From positions 5,576 to 69,575 of the forward strand of contig JAUCBJ010009146.1 in assembly GCA_032718475.1 (NCBI GenBank): DNA of 64,000 nt, written 5' to 3'. Source of the DNA: Nemertoderma westbladi (lineage: Eukaryota; Animalia; Xenacoelomorpha). The notes beneath the pieces were generated by a model. That model saw only the letters and a program-made list of their open reading frames with translations. It was not told the origin of the DNA and did not search any database. Positions 44,035-56,705 of this stretch are shown piece after piece. How positions within the stretch are numbered: position 1 is the stretch's first letter; each line of letters opens with the position of its first letter. Position numbers and translations under genes: made by a program.

Positions 44035-46854
44035 ATGGACCCTCCTGGTATAGATGTGCTGAACCTCTAAACGAACCCGGAGTGAAGTTAAACATCCATT
44101 TTTACTCGGGTGTGGAATCGAGTTCCTTCCTGAAAATAAGTTACCTACTAATCGGGATGTTTTGCGCCGCCTCAACTTCATAATGAAAACCCGCCGGCAT
44201 AATGAAACCCTTTATATTTCTTCTGAATCACTGACATCTGAGATTGCTGAGCTTTGGGGGCGAGGTGGTATTCCAACAATTGCAACTCAATCAATAACAT
44301 TAAAAATCGTTCGGTTCCATAAGGAATACGACAACAAGGCTGCAAAGTTTAATAGGAATTCGAAGGGAAGCAAAAGGAGTGACGCTGTAAAAGGGCTTTG
44401 AGATTAAGCTGGATAACCTATTTAATATAGCTTCGAAGAATGCAGAAGCAATGCTGCAAGCTCGGGCTAATTCAGGTGATTCTGCGGCAGCTGAGAACTT
44501 AAAATTCTTTTCTGATCAGCTCTCTACACGGCAGGCGAGTATGGTTGGATTGGATTTAGAGAGGGCCAAGAACAGCAAAGCCAAAGCTATTAGAATAGCT
44601 AAGAAAGAGGAAGCTGCAGCAAAGAAGGCAGAGATGAAGAAGGCTAAACTGTCTGAAAGAATAATCGAAAATGTTTCATCAGCTTCAAAAGATAATGTTT
44701 CTACTGGAGAATCAACTCAAAATGATGATGATAATGACTATGTTCCAAAGTTCAGAAAAGAAAAGAAGAGAAAATCTATTTGCACATCAGTACATACCTC
44801 TACAAATGTCCGAGTTCGCTCGACCTAGTAGTAGTAGTACATACCTCAACTCTCTGCAGGGAAAATATACCCAGCCAGCCTGGCGTAAGAATAGTTTGTG
44901 CTACATGTGCCGCCATTGGTATAAATGTTATTACCGAAAATGTAACATTAAGCAGGTCAACAATGATGCGTCACCAAAAGAAAAACCATGAAGAACAGGT
45001 AATGAAGATAAAGGCTGATATAACAAGTGACCACGATCAAGGAGATTTGGAGATTCACTTTGATGGTAAGAGATTCAATCAAATAGCTGGGTATAAAGTA
45101 GAACCACGACTTGCTGTTTGTGTGACTGGATCTGAACTCTGTAATGATAAGTTCATAGGAGCTCCACGAATGAAAGATGAATGTGGTGATACGATGGCTT
45201 ATACAGTCAATTCAGTACTGATTGAATGGGGAATTGTTAACACAGTGAAAGCAGTTTGTGTGGACACCACTAATTCAAACACAGGAGCTGAAAATGATAG
45301 TGTTGTTATTTTGGAGGGTCTGCTGGAACGTCCATTGGTTTGGCTACCATGTCGACACCACATGCTGGAACTAATGTTGAAGGCAGCATTTATCTTCAAG
45401 GTTAGCAAAGGGACACAAAGTCCTTATGAGGCATCATTCACTGCTTTCCGTGAGGAACAGTATGATCAACTTGTTCTAACTGACTTTATCCTCCCTCAAT
45501 TACCAGCAGATATGTTTGAAGATTTTAATGAGGTATTGGAAACCATGGAAGGTTTACTAAAGCCAGATGCTCCTGCACAGCCACGTGGATATTACCTGGA
45601 TTTGATTGAACTCACCATCATATTTCTTGGTGGAACTCCACCTCGTGGTATCCATTTTAGACGTCCAGGACCATATAATCATACGAGGTGGATGTCAAAG
45701 TTAAGATATGCCATTTTGATGGAACTCTTCACTCATCAAATTCAGATGACACCAGAGGCAACCAGTGACCAGCATGATTTTAATCTGTGGGCTATAAGAA
45801 ATTATGTGGTTTATTGGTTCAGTGCTCCAGAATTACTGAATGCTCCCGCAAATGATCTTAAGTTTATGGAAAAGCTTAGTGTTCATGCAATTTATGATCA
45901 GGATCTTTATCGAGTCTGCAGTACTGTAATGTCCCGGCATCAATGGTACATCTCAGCTGAGTTGTTGTTACTTGCCTTGATCGACAGCAAGACATCAGAC
46001 AAAGATAAAGGTGAGATTGCCAGTGCTCTTCTGGCGCAGCCCATGGAAGATATGGCTTCAAGGCGGCCCCAGTTCCTGTTCTGTAGATGCAATGGGTGGT
46101 TTGATTCATCGATGGTATGTTGTGATAACGACAAGTGTCCCATTAAATGGTACCACTTTAAATGTGTCAACATATCAAAGAAACCTTTAGGGCAGTGGTA
46201 TTGTCCACGTTGTCCTCGACCATCAGTAAATGAGAAGTTCTGCATATGCCAGAAGGGAGGAGATGGAGCAATGGTTGCATGTGATAATGTGTTGTGCACC
46301 ATTGATTGGTTCCATTTCAGGTGGGTCTTGATGATCATATGATTTTATGAGACCTTCAATTGATAACAAATATATTTGTTACATATTATATATACCAACC
46401 AATATAAGTTTTTCACAGTGTTTATCATTATTTGCGTAGACAGACAAACTAACTACAATTACTAATACAATTACTCTATTTATATTAGGTGTGTTGACAT
46501 CACTACATTTCCAAGTGGGCTGTGGTACTGCAAGTGGTGTAGAGGAATTGATTCTTCGACACAAAAGAAACCACTAACACGCTGTCTGAAAGAGTCAACC
46601 CCAGATCATGGCTGCTTTTCAAGGTATATAATCTGGATACAGCTTGGTTGCGATTAAAACCAGAGTTTTACAACACGGACTGTGGTTACTTAGCTGCGAA
46701 GGAGAAACTGAACAAGTTGACTACAGTTAACGATATCTCAGAACGAGGAGTAGCTCACACCTTACGATATCTTCAGTACCCACGGACAACTAATGAGAGA
46801 GATTTACAGAACCTCCTCCTGGTTGCCAAGCACCACATTGACCAATACCCATAA
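44035..46854 (+). pseudogene. hATm-type DDE transposase with two internal ING-type PHD fingers; one intron (46321-46488), several frameshifts
   Basis: KLPTNRDVL, WGRGGIPT, LDNLFNIA, HFDGK (D), VDTTNSNTG (D), LPCRHH (CxxH), PGPYNHTRWMSK, RHQWYISAE, VNDISERGV (E); C4HC3 fingers at 46082-46213 and 46241-46540. Confidence 0.88.
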
Positions 46855-47056
46855 TATGACCGTGATACTTTTGCAATTATTGTGTGATGGAGATAGTGAT
46901 TAACTGGACTAGCTTCTTTCTTTCTTTCTGTATAAACTGTACACCTATCCTGTCTAGGTTACTTGTTGATTGGATTAACCTTGTTTTCAATGTTTGATGT
47001 TGAAATGATTAAAATGGACCTTCATTGTTAAAACATATGTCATGAAGCAGGCCTAG

Positions 47057-47953
47057 CCCAGTGAAAAGTGCGCAAGCGTATCGCAAGCGTGCAACGCAGG
47101 CATATCTGATGTGATTCCCAAGAGTTATGGCCCGACCTTTACGCAAGCGACCTACTTGCGTTAAGTCGCATAGATATCGCAACAACTTGCGTTCAGTCGC
47201 ATAAAACTCACATGCGATTCACTTGCGACTTTCAAGCGTCATGAGGCATAAATATCACAAAAATCTACTGATTGTGATTTTTGTGTAATATATTGAGACC
47301 TTGTGACAAAAAATATGATACAGTAGTTGATTATTCCACTACTGTTTGATACTATGGGCTTCCATATCATCTGCCTACTGTACTTACCTTACATTACATT
47401 ACATTACACTCTCTAGACATAGAACATTAGACTTCGTGTATGAATCAATACTAGAAATGGTTGGTTATATACAGGTTAATACAAATAGATTAGAATAACC
47501 ATGATACACTTTTAACTATTCCCTATAATTTTCAATTCTATAAAATATATGAATATAATCACTGAATTCGACAGCCATACAGTATTAGATAATTCATATT
47601 CATCAATTTTATATTTTAAATCTATTTATTTCTTGATATGGAATTTTTTTTTTAATTAATAATCTTGAGTGTAATTAAAAACATGCGATTCACATGGGAA
47701 TTAACGCATGAGATTCTCATGGTGTAAAACATGCGTTAAATAAGCGTTAAATGAGGTGTGATTCCCATGCGATTTTCATGCACGGAATCACAGGCGTAAA
47801 ATAAGTTGTGAATCGCATGCGTGGAATCGCTTCCCTATTTTACATGTGATTCACATGCGAATCACAAGAGTTTTATCGCTATTTATTGAGCCGCAATAAA
47901 AACGCATGACGCATTAAAATCACTTGCGATACGCATGCGCATTTTTCACTGGG
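47057..47953. mobile_element. EnSpm/CACTA(CMC)-like MITE nested in the hATm-like element
   Basis: TIR CCCAGTGAAAAnTGCGCAnGCGTATCGCAAG ... CTTGCGATACGCATGCGCATTTTTCACTGGG, 2-bp TSD AG, CATGCG-rich subterminal repeats. Confidence 0.8.
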
Positions 47954-48737
47954 AGGTATCTTTTCAAACACCTACTGATATCTATCTTACAGTCTTATCC
48001 TTCCTATACAGTATATAGGAATGATATGGACAATAACTACATATCAGCATCGAATTAATTTGTACCGAAATACTGAATAATAAGGTTCAATCAACTCACT
48101 TTAACGAATAGCAAGTGCAATGGAGAAGTTCCTACAACAGCCAATCTGTAGAAAATATGGCAAAGGTTCAAAATAAACCTATTTTATTATCTTATACTAT
48201 TTGGAACTAGTCCCACTGCAACATTCAAATTCGAAAAAAAAACAGCTTTTTCAGCAACATTTTTTCATGGTTTGAAGGTCACCGTGGGAGTAGTTCGGCA
48301 CATTTTTGGACACCATCGTTGATATTTATCGAGTTTTTACACAATTTGGAACAAATTCTCGTATGTAGTAAAGTAATATTGATAGCGAAAGTTGGTTTTT
48401 TTTAACCACTAGCAATCAAGGCTGCAAGGCTAGCAGCAGCCTGGCAGCAGCAATACAACCAGGTCAGAAGGTGTACGTACACGCGAACAACACCTTGCAG
48501 GTTGCAGCCTTGAATACAACACAGCAATACCGGACAGCCGGACCAGTGCCCTGTTGTCTGAGTGTCATCACTGCACTGACCACAGAACCTCTGAACCTGT
48601 CTGCCAGTGCAGGTGCAGCAACGCAACAGTCAGTACTGCAGTAGGCTACTGAATTGTTAATACCGGTACTGCTGTACTGTACTGCCTGACTGCTGTAATA
48701 TTTAAATACTCAGATACTGAAACTGAAATCAGGAAAT

Positions 48738-49381
48738 ATGACTATGGAAGAGTTTACGACGACTGTCTGCGATTTAGGCCGGTGGCACTTGGTCGCCGCA
48801 GTGCTCCTTCTTCCCCTCCTAGCTGCGCTGAACTCCCCTCTAGGCGGGGAGGCCAGTAGCGACTTCCCCGCCTACCGGATGTACCAATACGACCTGTACG
48901 GGAAGGCGTACGGCTGTAAACAGTCCCGCCTAAACCTCGAAGCCGCTGCCTTGTCTACTACTCCAGGGAGTAGCAACTACGCCCGTAGATGTCTCGTCTA
49001 CCGTGCCTTGGATCTCACTGTGGACCACATAAAAGCGATTCTCGCTACCACAGTCGGTGGTCTACTAGTCCTCCTCCCACCTGATTGGTCAGTCGCATCG
49101 GCTGAAGCGATAGCGGCGTTCCAACAACTAGAATCCTGGGCTCTCTCCGAAGAGTTCGATCTTCCGGTTTACTTCGCCGCGGAGACTCCGGTACTCCGCG
49201 GGGTCCACCAGTCGTTAGTCGCGGGTACCGCAGCCAGCGAGGCCCCGACCGCCGCTCAGGCCCTGGTGAGGTCTATCAGCGCCGCTGGCTACCAGCTGGT
49301 CACCGCCACCACTGACGCCGCTAATAAACCCCTACCCAACGCTGAGTTGACCACCCTCTACGGCCTACTAACGGCAGATAG
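48738..49381 (+). CDS. NCLN: Nicalin, exon 1
   Basis: Signal peptide then FPAYRMYQYDL...GGLLVLLP...LPVYFA; donor AG|GTCAGT, phase 2. Confidence 0.92.
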
Positions 49382-49889
49382 GTCAGTAGGTTGAATTTAA
49401 AGATTAGGCCCATTATATTAGTTGGAGTATATTTTTTTGTTTAGGCCTACTAGTCTTCGGCGGACACTATTGACTATTATACTATTCTTCCTCTGGGTTT
49501 ATGAATTTTACACAAGTCTGCAAAGGACGCGGCCTGGCCTGGCGATATAGGCCTGGCCTATATATATCAGTATATTGTTTTATTTGTAAAAAAAAATACA
49601 AAAAAAATACAAAAATATCAATCGGTACCGGCACCGGTAGTAAAAAAGTCTTAAAAAGAATTAATCTAAAATTAGTATTTTTTTAAATATACAGACGGCT
49701 GGACGGGAGCGGAATTAACCCACTGTATGTATGTAGTTCTTAGTCTGTTGCTTAAGGTTACAAACTCTATTCACACCACTACCCTTGTTGCTACTTATTC
49801 CATTACGGTACTTAAAGTTACAACATCTGTTATTTAAATTATAATTTCTTTATTATTTATTTTTAATTTCACACCATATCAATAAAGAT

Positions 49890-50730
49890 TGGGTGATGCG
49901 CTGATGCGTGATGGTAACGCCCTTTAATGGCACAAGAAGTATAGGAAATCCAGCAGCAAAGTACCTTACTGATCTAGACTTTGCTGATGACTTAGAGGTA
50001 GGTACTGTCTGAATCACTAGAGGTTGCTTCCAGTGTTGGTCTTTTTGTAAACTCAAAGAAGACCAGTTTTGACAGTGAACCAAGACAGTTCTCAAGAAAT
50101 GTCTGATCGTAAGGGCATAAGCCTTAGGGGCGGCTTACTTGAGCACGTGGATGACTTATGTTACCAGCTACAGGTGAAGACCTTCGGAGACGTAAGGGGA
50201 AGGCATGGGCAGCTTTAAATAGTCTGTCCAGGATTTGGAAGTCTCATAGAATAAAATTGAATCTTAAAGGTTCCATTATTTAGAGCAGCAGTAGCACCAG
50301 TACTCCTCTATGGGAGTCAATGCTGGGCTCTAACTGCTGAGGACATCAAATCTCTGGATGGCACATTCACAAGAATGCTACGCCGGGTTCATTGTGTCAA
50401 GTACACTGCACACATCTCCAACCAGACACTATATAACATTGGAGGTGTCTCATTGGTTCCCCCAAGCTTGATACTTGAACAGAGCCGCCCCCGCTTTGTA
50501 GGACATTGCTTTCGCCGTGAGGACCAGCCAGTGCATAATCTTGTACTTTGGCAGCCTCATGGAGTGAATAAGCATGGTGGACAGCCCATGACTTTCTTGA
50601 GACGCATCTTAAAGGACACTGGCCTTGAAGATGCGGATGATCTAGCAAATGTCATGGGTGATAAGGAGTTATGGCGGCGCAATTTTGTCGACAAGCCGGC
50701 ACAGCATTATTAATAAAATGTAATGAAGCA
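49890..50730 (+). mobile_element. Decayed 5'-truncated RTE-clade LINE in NCLN intron 1
   Basis: KYLTDLDFADD remnant, LLYGSQCW, MLRRV..RPRFVGHCFR; close relative of 59623-60628. Confidence 0.85.
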
Positions 50731-51441
50731 CACCGATAGTAATTAATTTTCAAATATCATATTAACGTTAATGCAGTATATTGCAGTATTGTAATTCCTT
50801 ACAACTTAATTTTTATTATTTTTTAACAGTTTTTTTTATTTATATAATTTAATTTAATAATTTAATTACATTTTATTGGCGCAATTTCTGCGTTTTTAAA
50901 TGTAATCTGACTTTTCGAGGTTCCTGGACCGGGATTTAAATTTTAGTAAATTTTAAAGAATTTTGTCAGTTAGTGAAATTTTTAGTCTTTATTGATTCGT
51001 AACATTTTTTTGTCATAAATGAATTTCCGGCTTATAATTTTCTTTAAACAAATATTAGGCCTAAATTTTATTAGTTTACGAATTAATTCGATAACTTATT
51101 TTGCTCTTCTTTACTTTACCGTGTATACTAGACGCCGCCCATACAGTATATAGGCCTACCGGTACCTAAATATCTTTACTAGGTCAAAGTTAATTAGATG
51201 TAATTTTTTTTAAAGATCTCTACGCCCCCCGTCGGAGTAAATTATATATTTATTAATTATAATAGAGTTGAGGCTACCCGGGAGTAAAATCAATGTGCAC
51301 AGCGTTAAAATAAATAATAATTAAATTAATTGAGGACAGAGGTAAAAATATTTAACTACTGTAAAAGTAACTAGATGTAATATAATTTATAATTATTTTA
51401 CAGCAACTTTTTTATTTATTTTTTTTTTATTACGTTTGCAG

Positions 51442-51664
51442 CGGCGACTCTTCAGACGAGACCCCCACCGTTGTCATAGCGACCCACTATGACACCGCTG
51501 GTATGGTCCCCGGTTGGCCGGCCCACGGTGGGCCCCAGTCTGGCACTGTGGCCGCCTTCCTGGAGACCCTACGTCTACTGTCCCTTCTCTACTCGCAACC
51601 GGCCACTCGGCCTTTATACAACGTCGTGTTCGTACTCAGTGCCGGTGGCCAGTACAGCTACCAG
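51442..51664 (+). CDS. NCLN: Nicalin, exon 2
   Basis: TTTGCAG| acceptor in phase 2; TPTVVIATHYDTAG...YNVVFVLSAGGQYSYQ; donor CAG|GTGGGA phase 0. Confidence 0.92.
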
Positions 51665-51859
51665 GTGGGAATAATATCCGGAGATTTAATTAATACATAG
51701 GCCTACGTTTTGGTTTTCAATACTAATTATATTACTTTTATTTATAATTATTTCTAAATTGTTTTATTTATATTCCATGGTTCCATCCATTCTGAGGATG
51801 GAGGCCTTCAGACTGGGCGGGGTCTAGAGATGGAGGCCGTCAGACAGAACGGGTTTCAT

Positions 51860-54582
51860 ATGGTTCCGGGGATGGAGGCAGTCAGACAGGGTGGGGTCCA
51901 TGGTTCCGGGGATGGAGACAGTCAGACAGGGTGGGGTCCATGATTCCGGGGATGGAGGCCGTCAGAAGGGTGGGGTCCATGGTTCCGGGGATGGAGGCCT
52001 TCAGACAGGGCGGGGTCCATGGTTACGGGGATGGAGGCCGTCAGACAGGGCGGGGTACATGGTTCCGGGGATGGAGGCCGTCAGACAGGGCGGGGTCCAT
52101 GGTTCCGGGGATGGAGACAGTCAGACAGGACGGGGTCCATGGTTCCGGGGATGGAGGCCGTCAGACAGGGCGGGGTCCATGTTTGCGTGGATGGAGGCCG
52201 TCAGACAGGGCGGGGTCTATGTTTCCGGGGATGGAGGCCGTCAGACAGGGCGGGGTCCATGGTTCCGGGGATGGAGGCCGTCAGACAGGGCGGGGTCCAT
52301 GGTTCCGGGGATGGAGGCCGTCAGACAGAGCGGGTTCCATGGTTCCGGGGATGGAGGCCGTCAGACAGGGCGGGGTCCATGGTTCCGGGGATGGAGGCCG
52401 TCAGAAGGGCGGGGTCCATGGTTCCGGGGATGGAGGCCGTCAGACAGGGCGGGGTCCATGTTTCCGGGGATGGAGGCCGTCAGACAGGGCGGGGTCTATG
52501 TTTCCGGGGATGGAGGCCGTCAGACAGGGCGGGGTCCATGGTTCCGGGGATGTAGGCCGTCAGACAGGGCGGGGTCCATGGTTCCGGGGATGGAGGCCGT
52601 CAGACAGAGCGGGTTCCATGGTTCCGGGGATGGAGGCCGTCAGACAGGGCGGGGTCCATGGTTCCGGGGATGGAGGCCTTCAGACAGGGCGGGGTCCATG
52701 GTTACGGGGATGGAGGCCGTCAGACAGGGCGGGGTACATGGTTCCGGGGATGGAGGCCGTCAGACAGGGCGGGGTCCATGGTTCCGGGGATGGAGACAGT
52801 CAGACAGGACGGGGTCCATGGTTCCGGGGATGGAGGCCGTCAGACAGGGCGGGGTCCATGTTTGCGTGGATGGAGGCCGTCAGACAGGGCGGGGTCTATG
52901 TTTCCGGGGATGGAGGCCGTCAGACAGGGCGGGGTCCATGGTTCCGGGGATGGAGGCCGTCAGACAGGGCGGGGTCCATGGTTCCGGGGATGGAGGCCGT
53001 CAGACAGAGCGGGTTCCATGGTTCCGGGGATGGAGGCCGTCAGACAGGGCGGGGTCCATGGTTCCGGGGATGGAGGCCGTCAGAAGGGCGGGGTCCATGG
53101 TTCCGGGGATGGAGGCCGTCAGACAGGGCGGGGTCCATGTTTCCGGGGATGGAGGCCGTCAGACAGGGCGGGGTCCATGTTTCCGGATGGAGGCCGTCAG
53201 ACAGGGCGGGGTCCATGGTTCCGGGGATGGAGGCCGTCAGACAGGGCGGTTTCCATGGTTCCGGGGATGGAGGCCGTCAGAAGGGCGGGGTCCATGGTTC
53301 CGGGGATGGAGGCCGTCTGACAGGGCGGGGTCCATGTTTCCGGGGATGGAGGCCGTCAGACAGGGCGGGGTCCATGGTTCCGGGGATGGAGGCCGTCAGA
53401 CAGGGCGGGGTCCATGGTTCCGGGGATGGAGACAGTCAGACAGGACGGGGTCCATGGTTCCGGGGATGGAGGCATTCAGACAGGGTGGGGTCCATGGTTC
53501 CGGGGATGGAGGCCGTCAGAAGGGCGGGGTCCATGGTTCCGGGATGGAGACAGTCAGACAGGGTGGGGTCCATGGTTCCGGGGATGGAGGCCGTCAGACA
53601 GGGCGGGTTCCATGGTTCCGGGGATGGAGGCATTCAGACAGGGTGGGGTCCATGGTTCCGGGGATGGAGGCCGTCAGAAGGGCGGGGTCCATGGTTCCGG
53701 GGATGGAGACAGTCAGACAGGGCGGGGTCCATGTTTGCGGGGATGGAGGCAGTCAGAAGGGCGGAGTCCATGGTTCCGAGGATGGAGGCAGTCAGAAGGG
53801 TGGGGTACATGGTTCCGAGGATGGAGGCAGTCAGATGGGTGGGGTACATGGTTCCGAGGATGGAGGCAGTCAGAAGGGTGGGGTACATGGTTCCGAGGAT
53901 GGAGGCAGTCAGAAGGGTGGGGTACATGGTTCCGAGGATGGAGGCAGTCAGAAGGGTGGGGTACATGGTTCCGGGGATGGAGGCCGTCAGAAGGGCGGGG
54001 TCCATGGTTCCGGGGATGGAGACAGTCAGACAGGGTGGGGTCAATGGTTCCGGGGATGGAGGCCGTCAGACAGGGCGGGTTCCATGGTTCCGGGGATGGA
54101 GGCATTCAGACAGGGTGGGGTCCATGGTTCCGGGGATGGAGGCCGTCAGACAGGGCGGGGTCCATGGTTCCGGGGATGGAGGCCGTCAGACAGGGCGGGG
54201 TCCATGGTTACGGGGATGGAGGCAGTCAGAAGGGTGGGGTCCATGGTTCCGGGGATGGAGGCCGTCAGACAGGGCGGGGTCCATGGTTCCGGGGATGTAG
54301 GCCGTCAGACAGGGCGGGGTCCATGGTTCCGGGGATGGATGCCGTCAGACAGGGCGGGGTCCATGGTTCCGGGGATGGAGGCCGTCAGAAGGGCGGGGTC
54401 CATGGTTCCGGGGATGGAGACAGTCAGACAGGGCGGGGTCCATGTTAGCGGGGATGGAGGCAGTCAGAAGGGCGGGGTCCATGGTTCCGAGGATGGAGGC
54501 AGTCAGAAGGGTGGGGTACATGGTTCCGAGGATGGAGGCAGTCAGAAGGGTGGGGTCCATGGTTCCGAGGATGGAGGCAGTG
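51860..54582 (+). repeat. 39/40-bp G-rich minisatellite GGTTCCGGGGATGGAGGCCGTCAGACAGGGCGGGGTCCAT, about 68 copies, in NCLN intron 2
   Basis: Direct tandem periodicity; largely stop-free unit explains long ORFs in three frames. Confidence 0.98.
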
Positions 54583-55044
54583 TGGATTAAAGTCTGTTCT
54601 GAATGTTCGGGGAAAAACAGTCTATTGCCTGCTGACAGAACGTAAAATAAAATAAACATTGCAGCATTGACCTTAACTAAGCAGTATAATAAACATACAG
54701 GCAGGCATATATACATAGAACTGTAAAATATAGAAGTGAATAACTGAATAATATCAAGCAGTCAGCACGGTAGGTAAATACTAAGTATAATAATATATCT
54801 GCCTTATACAGTATAATTAAAGACGGCGTCAAAACGCCTTGAAGGAACCGAAGTTAAACCAAACCGAAACTAATATTTTTACAGGCCATGAGTCTCCGAC
54901 CATTTCGTACAGGATTTCAACTAACTCCACTACCTATACTGTAATTTGCACATGTTGAGCATTTATAATAAAATATTGCATCAATATGGTGAACAAAGTT
55001 AGTTAGCGCAAACAATTGTCATATCTCATAATCTGTTCCTATAA

Positions 55045-55350
55045 AGGCCCGTTCGCATCCAACGGAACGGTACACCGCGCGGTGTACCGCAGGGCCAGCG
55101 GTACACCGCTGACTGTGAACGACCCAACAGGTAGTTGTGCGCTGAAACGCGCGGTTTACCGCAGCCCATTTAAACAATGTTAAAACAATTAATGTAATTT
55201 CCTGTTGAACAGATAGATCAGTCCAGATCATTTACCGCAACAACGGTACCGTTGGATGTGAACGGGCTCCGGGTAGTGCACCGCTGGCTTACCGCTTCAA
55301 TACCACCCGACTACTTTACCGTTCATGCACCGTTGGATGTGAACGGGGCT
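55045..55350. mobile_element. PIF/Harbinger-like MITE
   Basis: TIR AGGCCCGTTCGCATCCAACGG / CCGTTGGATGTGAACGGGGCT flanked by TAA and TTA (TWA-type target); internal TACCGC repeats. Confidence 0.75.
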
Positions 55351-56229
55351 TTATAATTATTAAAGCAAGTAGTAGTAAAAATAATTGAAGTAAAACAACT
55401 TAAAAACTGCTCTAACGATTTCGTTAAAATTTTAAACATGACGCAATGTTTTGATGACCTCTATCGATTCCCGCTGGTCCCATATCTGTCCATAGAATGT
55501 GGTCTCGAAAAATAGTATAAACGAAAAAACGCCATAGGCGCAATGATAAAACACCAGCTGAAGCACATGAAAAATAGATAGAGATGGCATAGTAATGCTA
55601 TTCAATAGGGAGCGCCCAACTACCAAGACATTACTTTCTTTGCTAAGTTTACCGGTACTCAAAGGTACATCAAACCAAAGGTCCCATAGGCAAATAACGT
55701 TTTACCCAGCTGATAGCTCCTTTCACAGAATCCAACACAAACTCTTGCCCTAGATTCAATGAAAGCGAATGTCTATTACAGTAGGTTCTTGGGAAAAGCT
55801 GGCCACCTGAATGACATTATAGTTATAGAGTAAGAGTTGTGTACACGAGTGAGGCCTTCGTGCAGCAGAAGCTGCAACCCATCTCAGCGAACAATTATTA
55901 TAATTATACTACATGGCTAGTTATATATCTGATATTGGCTTCCGACAAACACACTGAAACCTACACCTAAGTTCGCTGATGACTCGCAGTTTTAACTCGC
56001 CATATATGTACTGTTAACTGTAAGGGTACTATTAATACTATACTAATAGTTGCTATGTTCAATAAAAATCAGAGTTGGGAAGTTGAATGTTTTGGCAACA
56101 TTAATACTGTGATTGGTGTTTGGTATCAGATATAATCTTGAAGTATACAGGATTTCTGTTGCCCTAACTGCTTTAATAACTGCTATTACTATTACATCAA
56201 ATTCTTACGAAAGGAACCTTCGGTTCCTA

Positions 56230-56705
56230 ACTAGGCATTCGGAGGCCAACGACATCATTATCCGGGCCCGTGCTTCTGGTAGCAGGAGTGGTATCCACCC
56301 TTGAACCTTGGGGTTTAATGCGGGGTGGCAAAAAACCAGATGGCATATGACCCTTGCCCGGTAAACCACTAGTCTGTGATTTCACCTGCCGCGACACCCT
56401 AGCGACTTCCCACCTCCCAGAAACTTCTATCTCTGCTGGCGCTGCAGCTTCCTCTAAAAGCAAACAAGTACAGTACACCGACCTGCAGCTCAACCACCAC
56501 TTTTCTACCATCGCCTTCGAAACACTCGGCCCCATTGGCTGTGTAGGTACAAGGGAGATCGGTGGCCGGATCGCCTCAAAGATGGAGGAACTAAGAGCAA
56601 CATCCTTCCTTTTCCAACATCTATCGATGGCCATTGTGCGTGGCAATGCCACTGCTGTCCTAGGTACCCTCCCATTGGTACCCTGCTGTAGACCCCGCCC
56701 TGACT
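56230..56705 (+). mobile_element. Degenerate 3' fragment of a CRE-clade non-LTR retrotransposon (RLE domain)
   Basis: RHSEANDII..KKPDG..GKPLVCDFTCRDTLA..FETLGPIG..FLFQHLSMAIVRGNATAVLGT. Confidence 0.8.

Larger units (their letters stand above)
38134..48411 (+). mobile_element. hATm-like DNA transposon (~10.3 kb including nested LINE E2 and a MITE)
   Basis: ~200-bp imperfect TIRs 38134-38338 and 48203-48411 (GGTTAAAAAAAACC..GAGAATTTGTTCCAAATTGTGTAAAAACTCGAT..GTTGCAGTGGGACTAGTTCC), TAG-type termini, internal transposase. No TSD recognised. Confidence 0.85.

Noticed and set aside
46079-46540. Stand-alone ING tumour-suppressor gene
   Set aside because: No ING N-terminal domain; PHD1 is in frame with the transposase and transposase motifs continue on both sides within TIRs.
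51891-54590. 899-aa and 789-aa Gly-rich ORFs
   Set aside because: Translations of a largely stop-free 40-bp minisatellite inside NCLN intron 2, open in several frames.
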